This document shows positions 51,260-62,205 of a DNA stretch of 64,000 bases, piece by piece. Under the pieces are notes generated by a model. That model was not told the DNA's origin and did not search any database. It worked only from the letters and a program-made list of their open reading frames with translations. The position numbers were made by a program, and so were the translations under genes. How positions within the stretch are numbered: position 1 is the first letter of the stretch; each line of letters opens with the position of its first letter. Source of the DNA: an uncultured Planctomycetota bacterium (GTDB taxonomy: Bacteria; Planctomycetota; Planctomycetia; Pirellulales; Lacipirellulaceae); NCBI GenBank assembly GCA_963719315.1, contig CAVRBU010000004.1:96001-160000 (forward strand), read 5' to 3'.

Positions 51260-52768
51260 ATGCCAAACGATCAATCCGAAGCCGGCCTCACGCGGCGACA
51301 GATTCTGCGTGGCTTGGCGGCTGTGGGCGTGGCCTCTGCCGGCGCGCCGACTCGCTTGTTGGCCGCCAAATCCGTGAACAACGCCGTAATCCAAGAGAAC
51401 CAGCGTCCCGGCACGCGCGATTGGATGCTTCGCAAGACGCGAATCGATCCCGAGTCGCGTTACCGCTCTCCCTGGATCGAGGGCTATTGTTCTCACCGCA
51501 GCGTGCGCTCCGGCGACACAATTTCGTTTCACGTGAGCACCAATCCGGCGTCTCCCTTCACCTTCGACATCTATCGCACTGGTCATTACGGCGGCAACGG
51601 CGGACGGCTGGTCAAGCAGTTGGGCGAATTTGCCGGGAAACGGCAGCCCGAGCCGCCGGTCGGCCCCAAGCGCCTGCGGAACTGTGAATGGGAGGCCTGT
51701 GCCGAGCTGCAGATCCCTCAAGACTGGCTCAGCGGAGTCTACTTAGGCAAGCTCACGGCGCTAGCGAGCGGATTGCAGAGCTATGTGATATTCATCGTCC
51801 GCGACGACCGCCCGGCGGACTTCATCTTTCAGTGTAGTGACAACACCTGGCAGGCATACAATCGTTGGCCTAATCAGTTTGCGCTATACGACGACGGCGA
51901 ACATGAGTGGTATTGGGGTGGAAATGTCCAGGTGAGTTTCCATCGACCGTACGGAAAGTACTGCCAGATTCTTGATGCTCCCTTATCGTTGGGCTCCGGC
52001 GAGTGGCTCCTTTGGGAATTCCCCCTGGCTTTCTGGCTGGAGTCGCTAGGGTATGACTTGACCTACATCTCGAATCTCGATACGCATCGTGATCCCAAGG
52101 GACTGCGCCGCGCCCACGGCATTCTCAGTGTTGGTCACGACGAGTACTGGACGAGCGAAATGTTCGAGAATGTCCGAGCGGCTGTCGCTGATGGGGTAAA
52201 CGTTGCGTTTCTTTCGGGAAACGCCGTTTGTGGGCGAGTCAAGTTTGACGACCGGCTTCCGGCATTCGAGCGGGTCGGCGTCTTCGGGCCGCCGGGCGGC
52301 ACGCATGAGTTTGAGCACATGAGCACGCTCGAACATCGTCGTCCCTACGCGAATGAACTGATCGGGGCCCACAGCACCGGTCCCGTTACGGGCGGCGCCG
52401 ACTGGACGTGTCGATTGCCCGACCACTGGCTGTTCGCCGGCACTGGCATGAGCGCCGGGGATTCGATACCCGGCCTGGTGGGTTGGGAGTATCATGGAGA
52501 CCCCACGGCCATTGAAGGCTTGAAAGTTGTCGCCAGCGGCCCCACCCAGAGTGCACCTGGCGAACTGAACGGCGGCGCCTACACCGCCACAATCTATCCC
52601 GGGCCGAAAGACAACTTCGTTTTCAATGCGGCCACGATTTGGTGGGCCGACGGCCTGAGCGAACCACCCGGATATGTCCGTCCTCAGGTCTATACTTCAC
52701 CAAAAGGTCCTGACGAGCGCGTCCAGCAAATCACTCGCAACCTGCTGACGGCAATGCGCCCCAAATAA
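51260..52768 (+). CDS. Tat-exported N,N-dimethylformamidase large-subunit-like (DUF6605) protein
   Basis: TRRQIL; IEGY; TWQAYN.W; SFHRPY; SVGHDEYW; FLSGN; GWEY. Confidence 0.8.
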   Translation: MPNDQSEAGLTRRQILRGLAAVGVASAGAPTRLLAAKSVNNAVIQENQRPGTRDWMLRKTRIDPESRYRSPWIEGYCSHRSVRSGDTISFHVSTNPASPFTFDIYRTGHYGGNGGRLVKQLGEFAGKRQPEPPVGPKRLRNCEWEACAELQIPQDWLSGVYLGKLTALASGLQSYVIFIVRDDRPADFIFQCSDNTWQAYNRWPNQFALYDDGEHEWYWGGNVQVSFHRPYGKYCQILDAPLSLGSGEWLLWEFPLAFWLESLGYDLTYISNLDTHRDPKGLRRAHGILSVGHDEYWTSEMFENVRAAVADGVNVAFLSGNAVCGRVKFDDRLPAFERVGVFGPPGGTHEFEHMSTLEHRRPYANELIGAHSTGPVTGGADWTCRLPDHWLFAGTGMSAGDSIPGLVGWEYHGDPTAIEGLKVVASGPTQSAPGELNGGAYTATIYPGPKDNFVFNAATIWWADGLSEPPGYVRPQVYTSPKGPDERVQQITRNLLTAMRPK

Positions 52769-53290
52769 GGGCATAGACCATGCTTGGCCGACGTGGATTT
52801 GACGTAATCTTTCCACCAACCGCATGTTGACGCCCGTGCTAGCCTGACCTGGGCGATCGGATGTTGCGACGCCAAGAAGCTTAGTTTTGACGACTACTTG
52901 GAGTTTTGTTAGGTGCCATAAGTTTAGACACGTCGTCGCCCGACGTTTCGTCCACGGGATAACCTATATAGACTTGTGCCACCAAACCAAGGTTTGCGGC
53001 ACTACTTCCCGAGCGGTACAGCAGGGGGAATAATGACCGCTAGGATGTTGCGGCTCAGCTTGGACCTCGGTGCCGCGCGGCTTCGCTTCCTGGCGACCCG
53101 CTGCAATTCGGCACCATAACCCAGCAAGATTGACGCCGCCATCCTCGGACTTGAAACTGCTGCGACGTTTGAGCCCATCTCGACGCTCAAGCGCTTGATC
53201 GGTGGCGCTGTAAGGTACTTGACGACGCGGCTGAATCACGTGTTCAACTCGGATGCGCGTAACAGACAGTCTTTTACAAACGACCCCGCC

Positions 53291-53381
53291 ATGACCCAAC
53301 TCGGAAAGGTACTGTACACGGCCAAAGTCCACACCACTGGCGGCCGTGAAGGCGGCGCTTCCCGTAGCGACGATGGGCGAC
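53291..53381 (+). pseudogene. ohr: 5' remnant of an organic hydroperoxide resistance (Ohr) gene
   Basis: MTQLGKVLYTAKVHTTGGREGGASRSDDGR then similarity is lost; NPEQ and catalytic Cys missing. Confidence 0.7.
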
Positions 53382-53546
53382 CTCTGACAAGATCCGCGCA
53401 GCGTTCAAATCGCTGCGCTGATACGTAGCGAGCCGTCGAGCCAAGAGGAGGCTCACTGATGAAATGCGATTACAATATCCGAAAGAAAAGTCTAAATCGT
53501 TAACAGATTGATCCCCATAAACATGCTCTAAAGATAGGAATAGAAC

Positions 53547-54233
53547 ATGAAAATACTTATGGTACTGACATCCCACGATCAACTGGGAAACACTGGCCGC
53601 AAAACTGGCTTCTGGCTTGAAGAATTCGCAGCCCCCTATTTTGTATTCAGGGATGCGGGTGTCGAGCTGACGCTGGCATCACCGAAGGGCGGGCAACCAC
53701 CTATCGACCCTAAGAGCGATTTGCCTGAGAACCAGACGCCAGCCATGGCGCGATTCAAGAAAGATCAGACGGCACAAAAGGCGCTTTCTCAGACGGTCAG
53801 ACTTGCCGACATGAAAGCGGAAGATTTCGATACGATCTTTTACGTGGGCGGGCACGGTCCGATGTGGGACCTCGTCGATAATCCCGACTCCATCGCCTTG
53901 ATCGAGTCTTTCTACAATTCCGGCAAGGTGGTTGCGGCGGTCTGCCATTCTCCGGCCGTGTTCCATCGGGTGATGTACCAGGGGGCGCCCATGGTCAAGG
54001 GCAAGCGGGTCACCGGCTTTACCAATGGCGAAGAGGAAGCTATTCAGCTCACCCATGTTGTGCCGTTCCTTGTAGAGGACGAGCTCAAGAGAATCGGCGG
54101 TCGTTATGAGAAGGCTCCAGATTGGGAAAGCTTTGCGATTGTCGACGGACGTCTGGTTACCGGGCAGAACCCCGCATCGTCTACAGCCGCAGCTCAAGCG
54201 CTTCTGACGCTACTCATGCAGAATGCCAGTTAG
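53547..54233 (+). CDS. DJ-1/PfpI (Hsp31-like) type 1 glutamine amidotransferase domain protein
   Basis: TGFWLEE; GGHGPMWDL; AVCHSP; TGQNPAS. Confidence 0.92.
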   Translation: MKILMVLTSHDQLGNTGRKTGFWLEEFAAPYFVFRDAGVELTLASPKGGQPPIDPKSDLPENQTPAMARFKKDQTAQKALSQTVRLADMKAEDFDTIFYVGGHGPMWDLVDNPDSIALIESFYNSGKVVAAVCHSPAVFHRVMYQGAPMVKGKRVTGFTNGEEEAIQLTHVVPFLVEDELKRIGGRYEKAPDWESFAIVDGRLVTGQNPASSTAAAQALLTLLMQNAS

Positions 54234-54342
54234 TTTCCTGCTCCGATTGACCGTCGCAAGGGCTTGATGCTGTTTCAGTTACGCCGGCACAGGCAACACG
54301 GCCAAATTCTTTCCAGAGAAACACGATCTCGAGGTTAATACC

Positions 54343-55071
54343 ATGAGCGGACCACGGAAGACAGCCATCGTGACCGGAGCTTCGCAGGGAATCGGCGCGG
54401 AAATCGTGAAAGGTTTTGTCGAACGGGGTTTCAACGTCGTTGCCAATTCTCGGAAGATGACGCAATCCACCGAGGTCGCGGCTTCCGACCAGGTAGCTCT
54501 GGTGGACGGCCACATCGGCAAGCAGGCAACTGCGGCCAAGATCGTCGAGACGGCGTTGTCTCGCTTCAAGTCAATCGATGTACTGGTCAACAATGCCGGC
54601 ATCTTCTTTACCAAACCATTCACGGACTACACGGCCGAGGACTTCAAGTCACTCATCTCGACGAACGTCGAGGGTTTCCTGTATGTCACCCAACTCGCCG
54701 TCAAGCAAATGTTGGCGCAGAAGACAGGCGGGAGCATTGTCACGATCACGGCGGCCCTGGCTCGAAACCCGATCCGGGGCGTGACGGCGGCGGTGCCGAT
54801 GATCACCAAAGGCGGTCTTGAAACGATCACACAGCACCTAGCGATGGAGTATGCGAAAGACGGCATCCGCGTGAACGCTGTCGCGCCCGGCGTCGTCGAT
54901 ACGCCGCTTCACCGGGACACTCCGAAGGACGCGATGGAAAGCCTATCGCCGATGGGTCGGCCTTCGACCGTCAAGGACATCGCGGACGCGGTCATGTACC
55001 TGACCGACGCTGCGACGGTCACGGGTGACATTCTGTACGTGGATGGTGGCGCTCATTTCGGCCGCTGGTAA
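54343..55071 (+). CDS. SDR oxidoreductase (atypical: catalytic Tyr absent)
   Basis: TGASQGIG; NNAG; PMITKGG instead of YxxxK; VNAVAPG; VDGG. Confidence 0.9.
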   Translation: MSGPRKTAIVTGASQGIGAEIVKGFVERGFNVVANSRKMTQSTEVAASDQVALVDGHIGKQATAAKIVETALSRFKSIDVLVNNAGIFFTKPFTDYTAEDFKSLISTNVEGFLYVTQLAVKQMLAQKTGGSIVTITAALARNPIRGVTAAVPMITKGGLETITQHLAMEYAKDGIRVNAVAPGVVDTPLHRDTPKDAMESLSPMGRPSTVKDIADAVMYLTDAATVTGDILYVDGGAHFGRW

Positions 55072-55109
55072 TTGCAAATTACACCAGCCCTTGCTGAACC
55101 GGAGGCGTT

Positions 55110-55532
55110 ATGAAGACCGCTGTGAGAGCAATCGTAGCACTGAGCCTTGCCTTTGCCGGCCTCGCCCTTTACGCAGCCAAAGGAGACGAAAAAATGGACA
55201 CGCGAGTATTCGAGTTGCGGACCTACACTGCCACACCGGGCAAGATTGAAGCCTTGCATGGTCGCTTCCGTGACCATACCTTGAAGCTATTCGAAAAACA
55301 CCACATGACGGTCATCGGGTTTTGGAAACCAACCGATGAGCAGCAGGCAAAACGACAAATGGTCTATCTGCTGGCGTTCCCCAGCCAAGAAGCAGCGGTA
55401 AAAAGTTGGGAGGACTTTCAAGCTGACCCAGAATGGAAGGCAGTGAAAGAGTCCTCGGAGAAGGATGGCAAGCTGGTCGAAAAAATCGAATCGGTCTACC
55501 TGAAGCCCATCAATCATTCGGCACTAAGATAG
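55110..55532 (+). CDS. NIPSNAP family protein
   Basis: FELRTY..PGK; W..F..DPEW; signal peptide. Confidence 0.88.
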   Translation: MKTAVRAIVALSLAFAGLALYAAKGDEKMDTRVFELRTYTATPGKIEALHGRFRDHTLKLFEKHHMTVIGFWKPTDEQQAKRQMVYLLAFPSQEAAVKSWEDFQADPEWKAVKESSEKDGKLVEKIESVYLKPINHSALR

Positions 55533-55720
55533 TCTGTCGCGGCGGCCCGCAAGGTTTGTCAGCTCGCTTGGAGAGGTAGGATGCCGTAGGGTTGTCGGCT
55601 CTGCGATCCGATGTGTATGCGCTTTCCGCGACACACCGTCAACAGAATTGGCGAGATGATGATTGCGGGTGCTGGTAGTTGAAAAACGGACTTTCCAAAA
55701 AATCGCCGTAGGTAAACACA

Positions 55721-56188
55721 ATGTCGAACATTTTGAATCCCGGAACACCGGCCCCGGATTTCAACCTTCATGTCACTCCGGATCAAAAGCTATCCCTGAG
55801 TGAACTCCGCGGCAGGCCGGTGATCCTTGCTTTCTATCCCGCCGATTGGAGCCCGGTCTGCGGGGATCAGATGGCGTTGTACAACGAGGTGCTTCCGGAT
55901 TTTCAGAAACACGGAGCGGAGCTGCTGGGAATCTCGGTTGATGGAGTCTGGTGCCATGCGGAGTTTGCAAAGGACCGTCACCTGCATTTCCCCTTGCTTG
56001 CGGATTTCGAGCCCAAGGGTGAGGTCGCAAAAAAATACCGGGCATTTCGCGTTAGCGACGGGTTTTCCGAGCGTGCTCTTTTCGTCATCGATAAAAAGGG
56101 GATGATATTTTGGAGCTACTGTTCACCGGTCGGCGTTAATCCCGGCGCGGACGGCATTCTTCAGGCGCTGGAAGAACTTCCTAAGTGA
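55721..56188 (+). CDS. Peroxiredoxin-like AhpC/TSA protein
   Basis: APDF; FYPADWSPVC; GISVD; ERALFVID. Confidence 0.9.
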   Translation: MSNILNPGTPAPDFNLHVTPDQKLSLSELRGRPVILAFYPADWSPVCGDQMALYNEVLPDFQKHGAELLGISVDGVWCHAEFAKDRHLHFPLLADFEPKGEVAKKYRAFRVSDGFSERALFVIDKKGMIFWSYCSPVGVNPGADGILQALEELPK

Positions 56189-56204
56189 AGGAGGAGCCCC
56201 TGCC

Positions 56205-56729
56205 ATGTTGAAAACACCGATTATGTTGAAAGATCACGTGCAGGGTGATCAGCAGGCCGCGATCACTCTGGTCGAGTTCGGCGACTATGAATGTCCCCAT
56301 TGCGGGCATGCCTATCCGATTATTAAGCACGTGCAAAAGCATTTCGGCCCACGACTGAGGTTTGTGTTTCGCAACTTCCCGTTGAACGAGATCCACCCCA
56401 ACGCGGAAGCCGCCGCGGAGGCCGCGGAGTTCGCGGCGAACCACGGGCGTTTCTGGGAGATGCACGACGGCATCTATGAGAACCAGGAGAAAATCGGGCT
56501 TCCGTTTTTCCTCGAACTGGCGTCGATACTTGCGCTCTCCGCGCCGGACCTCCGCAAAGCGCTGGCAACGCGGGAGTTTGCCCCGCGGGTGAAGGAAGAT
56601 TTTCTCGGCGGCGTTCGCAGCGGGGTCAACGGCACGCCAACGTTCTTTATCAATGAGCAGCGGCACGACGGGCCGTTTGAGTTTGAGAACCTTGTCGAGG
56701 CGATCGAAGCCCGGGTATCGAAATCATAG
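56205..56729 (+). CDS. DsbA-family thioredoxin-fold protein
   Basis: FGDYECPHC; RNFPL; GVNGTPTFFIN. Confidence 0.92.
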   Translation: MLKTPIMLKDHVQGDQQAAITLVEFGDYECPHCGHAYPIIKHVQKHFGPRLRFVFRNFPLNEIHPNAEAAAEAAEFAANHGRFWEMHDGIYENQEKIGLPFFLELASILALSAPDLRKALATREFAPRVKEDFLGGVRSGVNGTPTFFINEQRHDGPFEFENLVEAIEARVSKS

Positions 56730-56937
56730 ATGGATGAGATGTTGCTGCGCCGATTCAATGGACGGCGAAGCATCAGAATCACACAGCAGCCCTTAAACGG
56801 CCGCTCGCTAACAGGACGACCAGTCCATCGGGCGCGGTCGGGTGGGTGAAAGCTGCGTTGCGCATTACGGTCTAGGGAACGCCGCCGAGCATCGCCGTCT
56901 GGACGATGGGCATCGGCTCGCTCACGAATGAAATTCT

Positions 56938-56976
56938 CTACGTCGATGGCGGCGCTCATTTCGACCGCTGGTAATT
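56938..56976 (+). pseudogene. Remnant of a second SDR 3' end
   Basis: TACGTCGATGGCGGCGCTCATTTCGACCGCTGGTAATT closely matches the end of 54343-55071. Confidence 0.65.
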
Positions 56977-57053
56977 AAATTAAATGGAGCGTTCGTCATG
57001 ACCACTAACCCAACGACCAGCGAGAACAAAATACCCGCCAGGGACACTACCCT

Positions 57054-57662
57054 ATGAATCGGACAGCGCCCACCCCCTGGAAACCAACCAAAGCCCAGCT
57101 CCTCGCCGCGAGAAACAAGGCTGTCTCAGATCTCATCGCCAAAAACCTCATCGTCCTGTTCGCTGGCATCAACCCCGGCCTCTACACGGCTGCCATCGGC
57201 CGCCACTTCGGCCGCCCTGGCAACCGCTTTTGGCCTGCCCTCTACGGCGGCGGCTTCACGCCGCGCCTCTTCTCCCCCTTTGAAGAGTCCCTTCTTCTCG
57301 ACCTCAAATTCGGCATCACCAACGTCGTGCAACGCGCTACCGCGCGCGCCGATGAACTCACCGACGACGAGCTTCGCGCCGGTGGCAAGCGCCTCGAAGC
57401 CAAAGTCAAACGCTGGCGCCCCACCGTCGTCGCCTTCGTCGGCATCGGACCATATCGCATAATCTCCGGCATCAAAGACGCCCGCGTCGGCCTCCAAAAG
57501 GACCCCTTCGGCGGCAGCCACGCCTGGGTCCTCCCCAACCCCAGCGGCCTCAACGCCCACTACCTACCTGCTGCCCTCGCACAACTCTTCGGAGACCTCC
57601 GCGTCTGGGCCATTGCACAGCACAGACGCCGCCGAAATAAGCGCCCCATTTCCCAGTTGTGA
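57054..57662 (+). CDS. mug: G/U mismatch-specific uracil-DNA glycosylase
   Basis: GINPG; HFGRPGNRFW; GITN; LPNPSGLN. Confidence 0.92.
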   Translation: MNRTAPTPWKPTKAQLLAARNKAVSDLIAKNLIVLFAGINPGLYTAAIGRHFGRPGNRFWPALYGGGFTPRLFSPFEESLLLDLKFGITNVVQRATARADELTDDELRAGGKRLEAKVKRWRPTVVAFVGIGPYRIISGIKDARVGLQKDPFGGSHAWVLPNPSGLNAHYLPAALAQLFGDLRVWAIAQHRRRRNKRPISQL

Positions 57663-57785
57663 TCAGGAGGACCTATCTTGATGAAATACCTGTTGGTTAG
57701 CGTTGCACTCGCCGCGCTAGTTTAGAGCTGGTCCGCAACAGTCGCGGGCTGAATTCCACCTGGGAAACATCAGAGGAGTGAAACA

Positions 57786-58735
57786 ATGGTAGAACCCGAC
57801 AACCTTCGCTATACGAAGATACCGCTCAACAACGGATCCGGCGCGATCCCCGCGCTCGGATTTGGCACATTGATTCCCGACCCCGTGGCAACGAAAAACG
57901 CGACCAAGGCGGCGCTGGAAGCAGGATTTCGTCAGCTCGACACTTCGGAACGCTACCGAACTGAAAAAGAAGTCGGCGAAGCGATGCAGGAGGTGTTCAA
58001 GGCGGGAAAGATCAAGCGGGAGGACGTGTTCGTTGCCACGAAGCTCTGGAACAACAATCATCGTCCCGAACGCGCCAAACCGCGCCTTCGAGGCTAGTCT
58101 CAAGAAACTCCAACTCGACTACGTCGATCTCTATCTCATCCACACCCCCTTTGCCTTCCAACCTGGAGACGAGCAAGACCCGAGGGATGCGAACGGCAAT
58201 GTGATTTATGATAAAGGGGTTACGTTGCTGGATACATGGAGGACGTTGGAGGGCCTAGTGGACGAGGGCAAGTGCTAAGGCCATCGGATTATCCGACGTT
58301 AGTTTGGAACAGACGAAAGAAATTTTTGATGCCGCGAGGATCAAGCCCGCGGTAGTTCACGTCGAATCCCATCCGTACCTCCCAGAATGGGACCTTTTGG
58401 ACTACTGCAGAAAGAATCGCATCGTGCTGCAAGCTTTCGCGGCGCTAGGGCACAGTATGGAGCCCAAGTTGCTGGAAGATCCTGTCATCACCGCGATCGC
58501 GGGGCGAGTCAACAAGACCCCCGCGCAAGTTTTGCTCGCCTGGGCAATCCAGCGCGGGACGGCGCTGCTGACTACCTCGAAGACCCCTAGCCGGATCAAG
58601 GAGAACTTTGATGTCTCCGCCATTCCCGAAGACGCCATGCAAGAGATTAGCGAAGGAATCCAAACGCGGGTCAGATTCAATGCCGTTGTCGAGACCGGCG
58701 TTCCGGGGTTCATTCCAAGAGGAAAGGGAGATTGA
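57786..58735 (+). CDS. Aldo/keto reductase (frameshifts near 58080 and 58280)
   Basis: LGFGT; LDTSERY; TKLW; DLYLIHTP; VESHPY; PAQVLLAW across three ORFs. Confidence 0.88.
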
Positions 58736-58849
58736 GACGGCAATCATTCCAGCAGGTGAGCGTTCAAATTTTCAGGCTTGGGCATTCGAGGCGGAATGCT
58801 GTCAGTTTACCTTCACAGAGCCTCCTAACAATTGAGCCGTAAGGACACT

Positions 58850-59190
58850 GCAGCATCGCTAACGTGTCGTCCACTTACGGTCGGGTCGGTGGGGCGGGCG
58901 CGTCGGTATACCTAGCCAGCAAGCATACGGTCGAAGGTCTGACTAAGGCGGCTGCGCTCGAAGCGACGGAGTCGGGCGTGCGCGTCAACGTCGTCGCTCC
59001 AGGCCCGATCGAGACAGGGATGCTGAACCGTTTCACTGGAACCGCCACGAAAAAGGCTGCCTTGGTTTCCGGCGTGCTTATGAAGCGCGTCGACACACCC
59101 GAAGAGATCGCACAGACCATCGTATGTGTCCGACAAGGCGTCTTTCATCACGGGCGCTTCCAACGCCGTCGACGGCGGAAAAGTGGTTCG
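58850..59190 (+). pseudogene. 3' half of an SDR oxidoreductase
   Basis: NVSS; YLASK; VRVNVVAPGPIET; no N-terminal GxxxGxG; frameshift near 59125. Confidence 0.75.
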
Positions 59191-59328
59191 CCGATTTGTC
59201 AGTGCCCATGCGGGGAATGTGTCATCAAGTCGTCTAACTGCGGGAGGCATGAGACTTGCCAAGTAACGACCCGTTTTTGGTATTGGCGGCCGCGTTCGTC
59301 GTTGGTGGTAGTCGGAAACGAACACTTA

Positions 59329-60295
59329 GAACCCCTAACAAAACCCTTCGGTGAGTATGTTGAAGCAGATGAGAGATTGAGCCAGAGTCACAAAGGCTTT
59401 ATGGATATCGGCCCTCCGATCAAATCGCGTTCGCAGCCGCCGGAAATTATTCATCCAACTGAGCGTACGTTCGGAAACCCAACGATAAATTCCTAGGCCG
59501 CTGCCATGTTCCGTATTGCGTTTAGCCAAGTGGGGTTTGATGCCGCGATCGCGGAGTGCTTGTCGGTGCTTTTCGGAGTCGTACGCCCGATCCGCATACA
59601 CCTCTTCCGGACGCTGTTTCGGCCGGCCCGGTTTGCCCGCCACCGGCTCGATTCCGTCAATCAACGGGATCAGTTGGGTCACGTCGTGTCGATTGGCGGC
59701 GGTGAGAATGAATTTGAGCGGGACGCCGTTCGCATCGGTGACCACATGATGTTTACTGCCGGGTTTTCGCCGATCCGTTGGGTTCGGTCCCGTTTTTTCG
59801 CCGCCCCCTACAGCACGAACCGTCGCACTATCGACTGCCGCTCGCGACCAATCGAGTTGATCGGCGCTGCGCAGATTCTCCAACAATGTTTGTTTCAACG
59901 CCTCCCAGACGCCTGCTTCGTGCCACTCCTGTAACCGTCGCCAGCAGGTCATTCCAGATCCACATCCCATTTCCAGGGGAAGATATTCCCAAGGAATACC
60001 CGTTCGTAAAACAAAAATGATTCCGGTCAAGACTTTGCGATCATCGATCCGCGGTCGGCCTCCTTTGGGGCTCGGTTCGTGTTCAGGGAGTAAAGGAGAC
60101 AACATCTCCCACAATTCGTCAGGAACTAATTCTTTAGCCATCGTTGGTCCTCCAGATAGTTGGTTTCACTCCAAAGGAATTCTGGGGACAATCAACGCCG
60201 TGTCACGACTGCAATTTCAAAAACAAGTTTTACATCTTCCACAACGACTCGAATCAATTACTAGCACTGCTAGTAGACAGTATTGTTAGGGGTTC
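59329..60295 (-). mobile_element. IS5-family element (IS1031-like)
   Basis: 13-bp IR GAACCCCTAACAA/TTGTTAGGGGTTC; TTA duplication at 59326-59328 and 60296-60298. Confidence 0.9.
59335..60141 (-). CDS. IS5-family transposase, single ORF
   Basis: GGRPR; LRTGIPW; AVDS; YADRAYD; RWVSERT..W...RRL. Confidence 0.93.
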   Translation of the reverse strand: MAKELVPDELWEMLSPLLPEHEPSPKGGRPRIDDRKVLTGIIFVLRTGIPWEYLPLEMGCGSGMTCWRRLQEWHEAGVWEALKQTLLENLRSADQLDWSRAAVDSATVRAVGGGEKTGPNPTDRRKPGSKHHVVTDANGVPLKFILTAANRHDVTQLIPLIDGIEPVAGKPGRPKQRPEEVYADRAYDSEKHRQALRDRGIKPHLAKRNTEHGSGLGIYRWVSERTLSWMNNFRRLRTRFDRRADIHKAFVTLAQSLICFNILTEGFC

Positions 60296-60370
60296 TTAGG
60301 AAAACTCGGTCCGAAGGCGGCGCAGTGCGGCCGCTCGAGCGTGGTTGCTGAAGCGCTTACGAGTGGATCG

Positions 60371-62124
60371 CTACTCGCTTGCTGGTTGACCAGAAACCGT
60401 GCGTCGATTCGCGGGACTCAGCCGGTACCCGCGAATTGCGATCGTGTTGTCGGCGGCCCAATTAGTTTTTCCGGGATAGGCTTTGCTGTCGCACTCCATG
60501 CCGGCCGCGATGTCGATCGTCTGACCAAGTTTGACAATCGGCCGACTCTGGGAATCTTTTAGGAAACCGGTGAAGGCGGACGCGATCTCGACTTCGTGCC
60601 CGTCTGGCGAAACGGCCAGTCGAATGGTGTCGCTGGTGCCGAGCTTCAGGTCCTCGGTGATCTCGGTCAATCCATCACGATAGATGTATTCTGATTTATA
60701 GTTTGCCCGTTCGACGCCTTTTGAATCAAACCGGCCATAGCGACTCTTACCGATGGTGAGCTGCTGTTTCAAAACGTTGTCGTCCCCGCCTAGTCCGCAG
60801 AAGCCGTAGAATGATTTGCGAAAGGCATTGTTGACAAACTCGAACTGGACCTCGCAATCATCTCCTATGTCGACGCCGAAGTAGCATTCGTCGTCGGCGC
60901 CGGCAGGAATCCAGTGCCGGGATTCTGATCGACATCCATGTAGGCGTAGAAGTAGCTGCGCCCGCCATCGGGGTGCGATCGACCGACCTGCCCAGCCACG
61001 CGGGCGTAAAGATAAATGTGCTGGTCGTCGTGAGCGACCTTGAACTCCAAGATGTCAACGTCTGGAACGTAATCCAGATAGGGAGCCAAATCGCCGCGGC
61101 GATCGTCTACGCCCGCTACGTTCCGCCAATCGTCGAAGTTGCCGTCGATTGTGATGTCGGCATGCGATGCTTCAGGGTTATCAGCAGGCCGACGGGTATC
61201 GACAATGATGAGCGACTTGCTTTTATCCTGGACCGCGGCGGTAAACTCGCCGCTAAATGCGACTGTCACGCTCGGCTCCGCGCCCGTTTTGCCGCTGGCA
61301 CCCGCTCGATAGGCGGCTTCCGGCAAGTAGGTTCCAGTTCTGTTGTCGAACGAACCAAGCTCAACGTCCGACCGCCGGAACACGCTCGGCACAGTGGCCT
61401 TCGCGAGCATCACCGGCTTTCCCCCGTTCTGAAGCAACAGCGAGACGTTCGAAGACTTTTCCACTTCACTACTGTTGTCCGATGGCGCAAAGTCGATCGA
61501 GAACCGCCCGGCGACGTTGTTGCCCTCGGCGTCCCGCAATTCCAATGGCAGGAAGTCAAGCGACTCGGATACGAGCGGCCCTGGGACTGCGATCTCATAG
61601 TAGAGCGCGTTTTCTTGGGAATCATATCTGAGCACCGACGCGTCAGTTGGCCATGTTGGCAATAACTCGCGGTTATTGTAATAGAAGTCGTTTGTCGAAA
61701 AGCGACCCTGGCCGTCGACTGCGCCGATGACTTGTTCCCGGTTTCTTGTGAAGGCGTAAATTTTTCGCAGATCGTTGTCGTCAATAATGCGCGCTTCACG
61801 CATGTAACGGCGGCAGCGCGGTTCATGGTCTTCGATAGTCGTGACGACGCAGAAGTCGGTGGCAATCGGTCGGACGCCCGGCTTGGGATACACCAATGCA
61901 GTGGGGGAACCCGGATCGCAGAACCAAATCAAGTCTCGATTGGCAAAGGTTAGTTTAAATGTGACTTGCCTGTTGAAGACAACTGCGCCGGCGTCGGTCC
62001 GTTCAGCGGCGTTTGTATGAGCGTTGCCATCATTGAGTATTATTCCCCAGGCGAGAACCGGAATCGAGACAAGGCGAACGCTAAACATTTGCCGAATTCT
62101 CCAGAGTTGCACAATGACTAACAC
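60371..62124 (-). CDS. Hypothetical exported protein (probable frameshift near 60895; start uncertain)
   Basis: Two long consecutive minus-strand ORFs; ITIDGNFDDW and YMDVDQNPGTGF resemble sugar-binding/DOMON-like segments. Confidence 0.55.
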
Positions 62125-62205
62125 GTCACGCTGCCCGTACTGTTCGCCGGCGTGCGCCGGCGTGGTATTGCTGGCAGGATCAAGTTGCCGACATGAAATG
62201 TTGGA

